NCBI GenBank assembly: GCA_001179505.1
Contig: CDMY01000412.1
Span: forward strand, 1 to 64,000
DNA length: 64,000 bases
DNA from: Vitrella brassicaformis CCMP3155
Taxonomy: Eukaryota > Protista > Chromerida
Direction of reading: 5' to 3'
Part shown: one piece after another, positions 10,722 to 22,135 of the stretch
Layout of the letters: each line of letters begins with the position of its first letter
Position numbering within the stretch: the first letter of the stretch is position 1
Position numbers and translations under genes: made by a program
The notes under the pieces: generated by a model
The model's input: the letters and a program-made list of their open reading frames with translations, nothing else
Told to the model about the DNA's origin: nothing
Databases searched by the model: none

Positions 10722-12999
10722 TTAGTCAGCTCGCTCATCGGCCATCTCCCGCTCGAAGCACTCAGTCTTCCACTCCTCGAGCACCTCCTCCCAGTCAAAC
10801 CCAACACGGCCCGCCGTCGACTGGCACACCACGATGTCCACGCGACGCACGGGACGGTCGGGCGGGTCCGACTCGCTGTCGTCCTCCTCAGTGGCCTCCC
10901 TCACCTCTCGGCTGCTGCTGTCGACCACCTTCTTGGCTCTCTCATTGCCGAAGCTGATCTGCACGTGGCAGCACCACCATTGTGTTAGGGGCAAGGGAGA
11001 GGGAGGCAGGGAGGGGAGGGGGCACACTGACCTGCCACCCGTCGGCGCGTTTGGCGACGAGCCAGTCTATGTTGAGTGCGAGAAGGTCCTTGGCGGCCTT
11101 GTTGCCGTTGCAGACAATCACCCTCATGGTGTCGTTGGCCTCGAGCAGGCCGGCGACGTCGTTAGGCAATTTGTTGACGAACTTTCTGCCGCTCTTGGTC
11201 GCACGCGCCACGCACTCCCACATGGCGAACCCTGACATCCACACACACCCAGACTCATGTGCGTGGTGCGTGGGAGCTGGGAGGGGAGGGACGTACCATA
11301 GTCTTTGAGCAGCTGCAGTTTTTCGTCATAGGGCAGCTCACACACCGGGACCTTCCTGCCTTCTGGCACGATTGGCTGCTCCTCGCCAAGGCACGAGTGC
11401 ACCACCGACCTGCGTAAACATACACACACACACACACACACATGCTTCAGCGGACGGTGCACACACGTAATGTCGCGTGGCAACTGGCTGACCAGAAGTA
11501 GTTGTGTCTGTCGCAGTAATACTCTCTTGCTGTGTGGTGGATGAAGGAAACACCCGCACAGGGAAGAGGTGAGAGTGAAAGTGCGCCTTCCTCCCCGTCT
11601 GTCTGTTCCCCTCCCTCCAGCCCACCCTTGACGACGTATGCGCTGCCCAGGATGAGTGTGTGGGGCGGCGGCTGGTTGTCGTCGTCATCACGGATGACCA
11701 ATGGCAGCCCATTCCCATCCCCAGCCTCTACCCCTCCCTCACCCTCGTCCTCATGGTCTTGATCGTCGTCGTCATCGTCCTCCCTCTTGATCTTGAGGCG
11801 CTTCACCTCACGGCTCAGCTGACACTGGCGTCTCTTGTTGCTGGTGGTAGTCTTGTTGTTCGTGCGGCTGCGGCTGCCGCCCTGGCGCGATGCCTCACGA
11901 AGGCGGGGCGATCTGCGGCTGGACCTGCCGTTGGGTGGGGCGTCCTCGTCAGGCTCGTCGTCCTCTTCTGGTTTAGCGTCGTGCTCGGCAGCATGCTCCT
12001 CCTCGTCGTCCATCTCGCCCTCGTCGTCACGGTCGTCCATGTCGGCTGGATCTTGATCCTCTGGGTTCTGCTGCTGGTAGTGGTGCTGGTCTGGTGATGC
12101 AGGGAGGGTGGGGGGATAGTCGGGCGGTGGATGCATGTCGTCGTCGTCATTGCCGTGGTGATGCTGGCCCTGTGGGTTGGCGGCAGGAGGGGGAGGGCCA
12201 AGGGGAGGGGCATGGTGAGCGGACAGTGCTGCCGGCTGCCCCCGCTCCAGGCGCATCTTCTCCTCGTCGAGCCTGAAGTTGATCTCCTCGCGCTTGCGCA
12301 AACCGTCAGCTATCAGCTCCTGAGCCGTGAGTGAGTGAGCCAAACACACAAACATTCATTCCATTATTCGCTCGTCCACATGTGCCACACGCATGCATAC
12401 CTGTGCGATTCGGCTGAGATTCTTTAGCGGAGGCGGCTCGCCATTGGTGGAGCGGGTCATGAGCGACTTGAGGCTGTCAAATGACTGCACAAACGAACCT
12501 CTGTATGTTTGGGTGNNNNNNNNNNNNNNNNNNNNNNNNNNNNNNNNNNNNNNNNNNNNNNNNNNNNNNNNNNNNNNNNNNNNNNNNNNNNNNNNNNNNN
12601 NNNNNNNNNNNNNNNNNNNNNNNNNNNNNNNNNNNNNNNNNNNNNNNNNNNNNNNNNNNNNNNNNNNNNNNNNNNNNNNNNNNNNNNNNNNNNNNNNNNN
12701 NNNNNNNNNNNNNNNNNNNNNNNNNNNNNNNNNNNNNNNNNNNNNNNNNNNNNNNNNNNNNNNNNNNNNNNNNNNNNNNNNNNNNNNNNNNNNNNNNNNN
12801 NNNNNNNNNNNNNNNGGGGGCTTTCGTGCTGTGGTGTGTCGTAGCGTACCATCCTGCCGTAGATCTGGTGGTTGGTGATGCCGGCCCTCCAGAGCACAGC
12901 CAGGTCTCTGTCCTGCAGGCCTGTCAGCTCCGGAAAGTGCGCCCTCATCGACGTCAGGTACGCCTGAGGGGCGTTGCCGTTGCCTCCTGCTGCTGCCAT
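10722..12999 (-). CDS. Uracil-DNA-glycosylase-superfamily protein, family 6 (hypoxanthine DNA glycosylase)-like, with long acidic/disordered N-terminus
   Basis: Spliced TLILGSAYVVK|AREYYCDRHNYFW|SVVHSCLGE...ELPYDEKLQLLKDY|GFAMWECV...PNDVAGLLEANDTMRVIVCNGNKAAKDL...VVCQSTAG...WEEVLEEWK follows the family-6/MUG-like pattern ILGSxP..YY.HPxNxFW..PY.E....L...GIALWD..PND...LL......NG..A. An NLS-like KRRQ..EVKRLKIKR precedes the domain. The gene spans the gap at 12516-12816, so the N-terminal exon linkage is inferred. Confidence 0.75.
12516..12816. other. Assembly gap (N run)
   Basis: Run of n characters. Confidence 1.
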
Positions 13000-13478
13000 G
13001 ATGCTTGCTACAAGAGTCGATGAAGCAGTCATTGATGAGCAGAATGAGGTGCGAGCTGAGCCGCTTGCCTCCTCAGTTCTTGAGGCCCTTAGAGGGCGGC
13101 GGGACACAGGCGTGGATTCCGCACTGGCGGATCACGACAGCTGCCTGTGTGTACAGGACTGCCAATACGTCCTTCAACTTCAATTTGCGACTCGGATTTG
13201 CATGCAGACGGGATGGGGGCGGCCCCCACCAGAAACTGGGGTGTTTTCAAGTTGTACTAGAGATTCCATCCCGTTGGTGTACTGAGTGATTCTGAATCTT
13301 TCGTCAAAACCATCCATCCGACCATCTATTCATTCGTTTCGACGTCCCGAGCGCTGCGCCTCCCTACGCCTCCCCGTCTCAACAGGCAAGCGGACATGAC
13401 TGACAGCTGCAGCAGGCGTGACTGAACGACTTCCTCTTTGCTGTGTGTGTCCCTTGGCTTGTATTTTGTCCGTCTGGG

Positions 13479-14457
13479 ATGAGTGCAGAGATGATTGGTC
13501 GTTCTGCCTGTCTCGCCCTGTGTGTGGCCGTCGGTGCCATCGCCCTGTGTGTGACGGCCACCAGTACGCGTCGCCAGCACATCGACACAGCTTTGCACCA
13601 GCACGGTGAGAAATCGCAGCTTTCACAACGGCACGCATGCGTGAATCAATGAGCATTGCAATGTGCAGTTACCTCTGCTGGGCTGTCGGCACTTCTGAAG
13701 CGACACGCCGGTAAGTAAGTGACTGGACAGAACGGAGCCTCGCACATACATACGGTCCCCCCATCCAGCTGCACACATTGACATGTCCCCTCCCCTTCCT
13801 CCGTCCCTTTGTCAAATCCAGCCCCGAAGGCGATGGTCTCCCACGCCCAGCAAGACGCCGTTACAGGGGCCCCTTCCCACCAGCTGTACCAGGCCGCCCA
13901 GCAGCTGAGCCAGGCGGCCGACAAGTTCACCCTGACGGCCAAGGAGGCGGCCAAGCAGCTCAGCGTGACGGCTGATGAGCTCAGCACCATGGCCATGGCC
14001 ATCGACAAGGCCCAAGGCAGCATCACGATGATGCAAATGGCCGGCACAGCCAGGACCCATGAGATAGGTATGTGCACACCGCACACATCACATGTGTGTC
14101 TCTGGCCTCTCTCCGGCTCCATTGGTTGGTGCAGGGGAGTGCGGGGTGATTGAGTATGACTACAATAAGGTGACACACCGGCACTGCATATCCGGCTGGG
14201 TGTGCGTCATCAAGCGGCGCAGGACCGACCTCAAGGGCAGCGTCGACGAGAAGAGGGAGGGCGAGTGCGTTTCCCACGCAGACAGGGAGAAGCATTGCCG
14301 CGACAACACTGATTTGGGCTTCATCGGGTACGAATCGCATAGGTTCGACTCGCATGTGTTCGAGGACAAGCGAACCTTCTATTTTTGCTTGGGCAAGGAG
14401 TACGAGCTAGAGAGGGAGGAAAGGGAGGAGAGGGAGAGGAGAGACAAACGGTCTTAG
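13479..14457 (+). CDS. Orphan secreted or membrane-anchored protein (4 exons)
   Basis: MSAEMIGRSACLALCVAVGAIALCVTA hydrophobic leader. Phase-compatible splicing gives an Ala/Gln helical segment and a Cys-containing C-terminal domain ending FYFCLGKEYELERE...DKRS. Confidence 0.65.
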
Positions 14458-14830
14458 TGAGGAAAACCATCCATCGGATGGCTGGCACGGCAGACCACGA
14501 CCAGGACGGCTTGCCTGCCTGACCTACACGTGAATAGAATAGTTACTCATCGACATCATGTGTACAGCCGGCCAGGGAGATTCGGGGCGGGGGGAAAGGT
14601 GTGCAAACGCCTTCGTGTGAGTGTCGTTCGTGAGAGTTCACGGTGGGACCCAATGAGCGGAGCAAATCAAGTTTTGAAGGTGTTATGCATCGCATCCATC
14701 GCTCACATCCATTCTTCACTGCCATCTACGTCGAAAGGTTCAATCAATCAGTCAGTGCATTGTCATTGATTGATTGCTATACAGTTAATGCACGTGTCAG
14801 TTACACACACACGATGGACGGACGCAGCTG
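14380..14830 (+). repeat. Source copy of a ~450-bp diverged direct duplication (other copy at 25724-26155)
   Basis: Shared blocks include tttttgcttgggcaaggagtacgagct and gaccacgaccaggacggcttgcctgcctgacct.cacgtgaatagaatagttactcatcgacatcatgt. Confidence 0.9.
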
Positions 14831-15299
14831 TCCACATGCACGGCCGACTACTGCACAGCCAAGTGACACGAGTGCTGCAGGGGCGGCTGCGTGGGTCTGG
14901 CTGCTTGCCTGTTTATTCAAGGGTTTATGGCGGTCTGGCGGTCTGTCCGTTGTCGATGTGTGTGGCATGAAAGCATCGGCTGCGCCTTTTTGCGCAGCGG
15001 CCACATCCGTAGGTGCCGAATCTGTAGTACCTGTAGTTAGCCTGTGCAGTGCAGGGCGTGTGTATATGAGCTGCGCAGCGATGGGCGCAGCAGACATGGT
15101 TGCTGAAGTGGATGATACGTGGATGACCGGCCGTTGTGGAAATGGTGCTGAGAAAGGCACACTCATGCGTGTGTGTGTGTGTGTCCTGGGTGATCGATTG
15201 CTGACTGGCTGCACATGTGAGAAACAGCTCCGTGTGCGTGGTTAATGGTGCTTGATGGTGCTTGACGGTGGTTGATGGTGGTTGGGTGATCGTTTCATG

Positions 15300-15748
15300 A
15301 CACACATAGAGTATGTAGAGATTGCCAGACTGTGTCATTCGTGCAGCCCCCCAATCCCGCATGAAGTGTCTGTATTCTGTACAGGCGGCCTCATCTGGCC
15401 CATGAATGAGGCCATGACACTGGCCGCTGACATCTTGTCCAAGAGCTCGTGGGACCACATCCATTCCTTCACCAGTCACCCGGCCCCCAACAGCGTCACA
15501 CGTCAGCCGCCCCAGAGAGTGCGGACCTTCTGTTCGTCCTCACTGGGGTCGAGAAGCTGGATGCCCTCCTTGGCGCTCGGCCCGCGGATGAGGCCGTCAT
15601 TCTGCATCCCTTGCAGCATGAAGGACACTGCACGCTGGCGCACATCGTCGCTCATGTCGGGCGGAGCCGCCAACCGCCTAGCCACCTGCAGAAATGCGCA
15701 CAGGGAGAGCCGCATATGTTGCCTCCTCTCTCTCCCTCTCTCTTTCTC

Positions 15749-15779
<31 letters not shown>

Positions 15780-18700
15780 TCTTTCGACGTCATTTGGGGG
15801 TCTTTGTATCGTGGCTGCCGCTTGAGGTGGTTCAACAGCGCAATGCCCAGACACACAACTACAAAGAGAAAGAAGGCAGGGGACATACATATATATGTCG
15901 AGCCACCGACTTTTCATTAATGCATCTCACTCTGTCACCTGAGTCCCTGAGATTTGGGGGCGGCTGCCGGGCGGGGGGCGGCGCTGCCTGCATGTTCTTG
16001 AAGCCCCTCCTCGCGAAATGATCTGCAGTCGCACAACCCATGCATGCATCCATCCATCCACACAGGACGGCCCCATCGATGGCATCCCCCGACCGACCGA
16101 CCGTTTACGTGTTGCTCATTGGGTGCATTGCCGCCGTGGAAGATGCCGTCGAGATGGTACCCTTGGTGGATCGTGAGGCCATCCGTGGCCGAGATGCTGA
16201 TGATCTGCGCCTCCTCGAGAGTCGCGATGACGCTCTGGGCGCGGAGGAGAGAGACCTTGGTGGGCTGCACGACAGCCCGGTCGATCAGGGAGCCGATGAG
16301 CTGCACAGACAGACAGACGGTCGATGGAATGGATAGGGGAATGGAAGGACATTCATGGTGAGGTGGACGGTGTGCAGCGCATTCACTCACTTTGACAGAA
16401 GAGGTGATTGTGTGCAGCTGCCCCTGCATCTGCACCAGCTGCGTCGCGAGAGCCACCTTCTTGTCCTCACCTATGATGAGATGCCGGCCGCATGTGCCAT
16501 GTGGTGGAGATGGGCTCGTGTGATATGTTATGTGCATGCAGTGCAGTGCAGCAGCGTACTGTTTATGTCTCCGTCTTGGGTGTTTGCGGTGTGGTCGAAT
16601 ATGCTGTTTGACTGAATGATCCTGACCATCAGCTTGGTGTCCTCCACCAACTCGGGCTCCAACTCGATGCCAACCACACGGATCCCTGACAGACACACAC
16701 ACAGACACACGCATGCACGCATGGATGGATGGATGGATGGATGGACGGCTGCAGTGGGTGGGCTATCACCTGTGTTGGTCTCCGTCGCCCGCGCAATCAA
16801 CAGCTGCACGCCTGCCCATTATAATGCACATGCCGAGATGAATAAGATGGACACGAGCATCCAGATGTCCACCGTCCATCTATCTGCTCCACCCATGCAT
16901 GTACCTACCTCCGAATTTGGTCTTGAAGAATGTGGGTGTCTTGGCCGACTCCCCACCCTCCTCACCTCCACCACCATCCTGACGATTGGCCTGCTTGGCC
17001 TTGGCTTTGGCCTTGCCCTTGGCGCCACCACCACCACCAGCGGCAGCAGCAGCGACACTCTGATATCGACAGGCACAGAATGTGGCTGAGTGGGTGTGGG
17101 AGAGAAGGGTTCGTTCGTACGGTGCGCGGGGCCTTGAAGTCCTTGTCCAAGAAGCCGAACGAGTTGAGGACGTTGCCGGACAGCAGGTGCACCGACATCT
17201 GCACCAAGATGACCAAATGGATGGCCAGACAGCTCCCTATCCGCCTCCCTACCCACCTTGCGCATGCCCTTTGTGCAGACGCTGCCGTTGACGACGTGCT
17301 TGCCGTCCTCGTTCTGCTCCAACTTCCAAGGCTCGCTGGTGTACTGACTGCACATATACCACACACACACCACACGTGCATCCATCCGTCCATCCATCGC
17401 TGTGCGTGTCTAGCGTCATATGTTTGCCTACAGGCAGCTGCACACTTCATCGGCACGCTCGAAACACCTGGTCCAGCTGACAAACAGAAAGGGCACACCA
17501 CAGCACATTCACACGCAGGCAGCCAATGAAATGCGCTCGCATGCATATGGAGGGGTCACTCACTGCGTCTCGATGCTGCTCAGGTCGTCGACCAGCTTGC
17601 CGCTCTCGTCTGGCTTCCTCTGAATGGCAATCTTCTGCAGCCACCAACCAAAGGGTCGTGTGTTGGTGGTGGTTTGTCTGTATTTCGTGTACTGTGTGTG
17701 CCCCCCCTCCCATCCGCCAAGCGCACCGAGATGGATCCGTCACTCTTGAGGGCGTGCAGCGATCTGAATGTGAGCGACATGTGGTTCAGGAAGATGTCGC
17801 TGGCGCCGAGGTTGGGGCGGTACACCTTGCACTTCTTGTCCTGTGTCTGGTAGGTAGAGAGATGGATATGCGTATGCGGCGCGTGTGTGTTTGATGGGGT
17901 TGGATTGGATCCAGTTCAGTGCACCCAACCACCCACCGCTGCGTATGTCTCCTTCTTCTGAATGAAGAGTATGGGAAGGCGCCTGCACCTCTGGTCTTTG
18001 TTGTAATGCCACCTGAAAAAAAAAAAACACACACACACACAAAGACCCACAAACACACAAAGACACACAAACGAACACGCACAAAAGCCAGATATCGTGT
18101 GCCTGACATGTGTGATGCACAAAGAGACCCACCAGTAAAAGCCCTCCGGCCGGCCCAGCTTGTGCGGCGATCTCTTGCGGCCGGCAGCGTCCTTCTTCTT
18201 GCGCACACTGAGGTAGAGCTCCTTGGCGGCCGCGAAGGATATCCCTCTGTCCACCCGCACGTGGGTGTAGTACTGACACACACACACACGGAGGGAGGGA
18301 GGGAGGGAGGGAGGGAGAGGGAGAGAGATTCCATGGAAATCGCCCGCCTGCTTCGTTGCTTACGGTCTCTGCGTGTGTGTGTGGATCGTAAGCGATGATC
18401 TCATGTTTGTCGAAGACCACGGCCTGCGGCTCGCCGATGAGTCCACTGCACACACACACACACACACACAGACACACAGACACATACGGAGAATAAAGAG
18501 AGACACACACATAGAGAGAGGTACATCTGTGTGTTCATGTTGTGGTGTGTGGTGTGTGTCTAGTCGATTGTTTGATTTGGTTGCTTGCCGGTAGCATGAG
18601 TTGAGGTCGGCGATGGCGTCCTTGTCCTTGGCACCGTCACTGACACACCACACACGCACAGGGAGGCAGGGGGGGGAGGGGGGGTGAGGGCACACGAGTA

Positions 18701-21700
18701 CGGGCGTGTCACCCACCCAGACTGCTCCTTCTCGGCGAATATATCTGCAGTTCGTCATACCGAGCAGCACATTGAGCGGCTCTGCCTGCGTGTGTTGTGT
18801 GTTGTGTGTTGTGTTGCGTACACATCAGCAACTCAAAGATGGGATTTTGGACGGCCGGGAGCATCACCAGCATTCGATTCATGAAGCTGCGCAGCGAAGT
18901 CGTCTTCTTCCTCGGCACACGGCTACGGTTGGGATCCTCCTGCACCGAAGAGAGGGAGGGAGGGAGAGTGTGCATCACACCCACCCACACACCACCCAAT
19001 TATCCACCCACCTCAGGCTCCACTAGTCCACTGACATCGACTTTGCGCATCTCCTCCATGGCCTGCTTGGCAAACTCACCAAAGCTATCATAGTACCTGC
19101 GCGCACCGCACCCACCACACCACACGCAACACAACACACAACACGTCGTCAACCCACCCCACTCGGCACACGCCAGCGCACCGCACCCACGGACTCACTC
19201 ACTTCTGGAAGGCGAATTCCGGCGTGTTGTCGTCATCGCTGTCGTCGTCCTCCTCCCTGTCACCGTCACCGTCACCATCACCATCGCCCCCTTCGGGCAT
19301 CTGCTCGTCGCCGTCCACATCCACAATCCCACCAAATGCGGCACCACCTGATGCTGCTGCTGCTGCTGAGGATGAGGATGGGCCGCCCTGCCTCTGTGTC
19401 CTCTGTGTCTGCTTCTGCGGGTGTCGGTGAGGTTTGTCGTCCTCGGAGCTGGATGCGTCAGACTCGTCCTGGTTGTCGCGCATCTGATGGTCGCATACAC
19501 GCAAGGGAGGAGGGCAGAGACACGCGGATGGACGGACAAATGGATGGATGGATGGATGGCTCCTCGTTTGTTGATGGTGTGTTGGCTGACCATGTACTCG
19601 TCCATGCCCTGGGCGTAGGTCGGCTGCAATACATACACATACATAACGGAGAGGGAAATGGAACCACACACATCCATGAAGATATATGTGCCTTGCAGTG
19701 TGTTTGTGCGTGCGCGTTACGTTGCGTTGCGTTTCATACGTCTTTGGCTGCCTTGGATGTGTCGTTGAACATCGCCTTCAAGGCAGCGCCACCATTCCTC
19801 GTCTGCAAACACACACACATAGGGGATACGGTGGCGTGTGTTCATGGTATGGTGCGTCAAGGATCCATGCCTACCTGCATGTCAAACTCAGCAAGCGTTG
19901 CTTCTTCAGCCTCGCTCATGGTGCATCGACGATCGCCACGAGTCAGCGCACCTACACACACACACACACACACACACAGAGAGCCAGGCACATCGACGAC
20001 GGATGCAATCCTGTGGGCCACGATGGCTGGCTGGGTCGCTGACCGAGCATCTTCATGCGGCGTGCAATTGTAGAGGTAAACCTGATCTCGCCGCCCATCT
20101 CCGTCACCACCAGGTGGAACTCGGGGTTGTGCAGCTGGTTGGATCGGTGGCACCGGCCGAACTGCTGCACCGCCTGATATAGGTGACAACAGACAGACAG
20201 ACAGAGCAGCCCCGGAGACACACACAGACAAAGAGAGAGAGGCAGTGGGTTGGGTTAAAGTGCTGCTCCTTCTGACCTTGTCGGCGGACCAGGGAAGCTC
20301 CAACGTGTACTGGCCAACGAAGAGACAAACAGAGATGTGTGCACTGTCTATACGGAGGCCATTTCGTTGCGTGGCTGCATACCATGACTCGAGGCCGTCT
20401 GTTGCCGGCTCGTCTGTCGGCGTGCAGTGAGATCCCCGCACTCGCCGCCTCTGTGATGATCGCGATGCGCTTCTCGCCGTCCTGGAACAACTGCCGCTCC
20501 CTGACAGCCACATCCATCCATCCATCCATCTCTGTGTTTTGTGGCTGTGTGGGTGGATGTGGCTGCCTTGGCCGATCAACCGACCTGTTGTTGATGGACT
20601 CGCCCTGCCTGCTCGACTGGCCGCGGCTGTATTTCCCCCTGTCGACATACTCACGACGACCGGTGCTTGGGTTGACCTCGTAACGCTTCGAACGACCTGG
20701 ACGAAGAGATGAACAGAGGAAATGACTGGCTGGAGGATTTATGGGTTTATCCGTCTTCTAGTGCACTGACCGGTCAGCTCAGCCACATGGCCGGGCCCGC
20801 CAAACTCCTGAAGAATGGCGTCCAGAGGGTTGGGGCTGCACGAACGAACAATCGGGCAATGGAGTAGGGTGTGTGGGTGTGGGTGTGCGTGTGTCGGTCG
20901 GTGGCTTACGGCATGTCAATGTTGGCCAGTCGCTCCTCTGCAGGACGATGGATGCATGGACAGGCAGAGACACATGGGTATGCGCGTGTGTGTGTTGCCT
21001 GCCTCCCGCCCTGTCCCCCCTCTCCTTACTGATGGCCTGTTTGCGAGCGTCGTAGTCGCCCACCTCGTAGCCGCGCACGTCCTTGGTCTTCACCCACTGC
21101 ACCCATCCATCCATCCATCCATCCATCTATCCACGCACACAAAGCAGCAGAGATCAGAGGGCCCTTACCTTGTCGAGAAAGTGCTCGAGTATGAGATGGA
21201 GGCCAGCGGTGTTCATGGCCTCCTGGTCTTCATCGTTGTCCGCATCATCACGACGGGCCTCTTGCTGGTCGGCCTTCTCTCGGTGCCGGGCCTCGCCTGT
21301 CGACCACCTGTACACACACAGAGGGGTGGGGTGTGTGTTGCGGGCTGTGTCGTGTGTGGTGTTGATATATTGTGTACATAGAGAAGATGACGGCCTTTCC
21401 ATGGGCGAGGTCCTGAAGGAGTGGCACAAGGGACACCATGGTGTCCTCGGCTCGGCTAGCCCCCCATCCCCTCCCCGTACCTTCCTAGCCTTGCGCACTG
21501 CAGTGGGTATTTTCGTGGCGACAAGCAGGATGCGGAAGAACCGCTGTGCACTGGCCCAGAACTGCATCGTCGCCACCCTGTGTGATGCATTCGATGAAGG
21601 CGCACACATGAACGAAGCCATGCGCAGAGAGAGAGCCCTGTCGTGCGGCTGTGTGTGTGTCTGTATGTGTGTCTGGCCGGCCAGCCGGCCGGCTAGTTTG

Positions 21701-22099
21701 CCCCACTTACATCCGCTCATCGTTGTGGATTGTGTACTTGCAGTCCGGGCTGGAGCAAACCGCACTGTAGACGAACACAAAGACGGAGAGCGGGTGGCAC
21801 CGCCTCCACGCCCGCACATTGCCAATCTCTACCTACCATTCGGGTGTGTTTCCGTCGTGCCAGTGGACATGTGGGTCTTCCTTGGTCTCGTTGAAGAGGG
21901 CGAACACGTCCTGCCACACCACCACTGCCGTCGAGTAAAGGTTGGTCGCGTCGTTCTTGAGGCCGATCTGTAGAAAGGCACACCAAGCCACCACACACCC
22001 TGGTACACATCCATCCATCCATCCGCCCATCCAAACAGCACCTTGACGACTTCGAACTTGCAGCCCTGGTAGCTGAGGGTTCTGGACGAGAACTGTACA

Positions 22100-22135
<36 letters not shown>

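Noticed and set aside
12393-13023. Long ORFs spanning poly-X
   Set aside because: Artefacts of N gaps; the same applies at 44499-45340.
14801-15214. Minus-strand ORF as an extra SBNO exon or small Cys-rich gene
   Set aside because: No frame could be chosen with confidence and the region partly overlaps the duplicated 3' flank; left unannotated.
16560-16690. [12 protein letters not shown] as a SAM-methyltransferase motif
   Set aside because: It matches the conserved C-terminal RIVG motif of strawberry notch and splices in frame with it. No glycine-rich motif I is present.
18015-18027. A-run as a retroposed poly(A) tail
   Set aside because: It is the T-rich acceptor tract of an SBNO intron on the minus strand.
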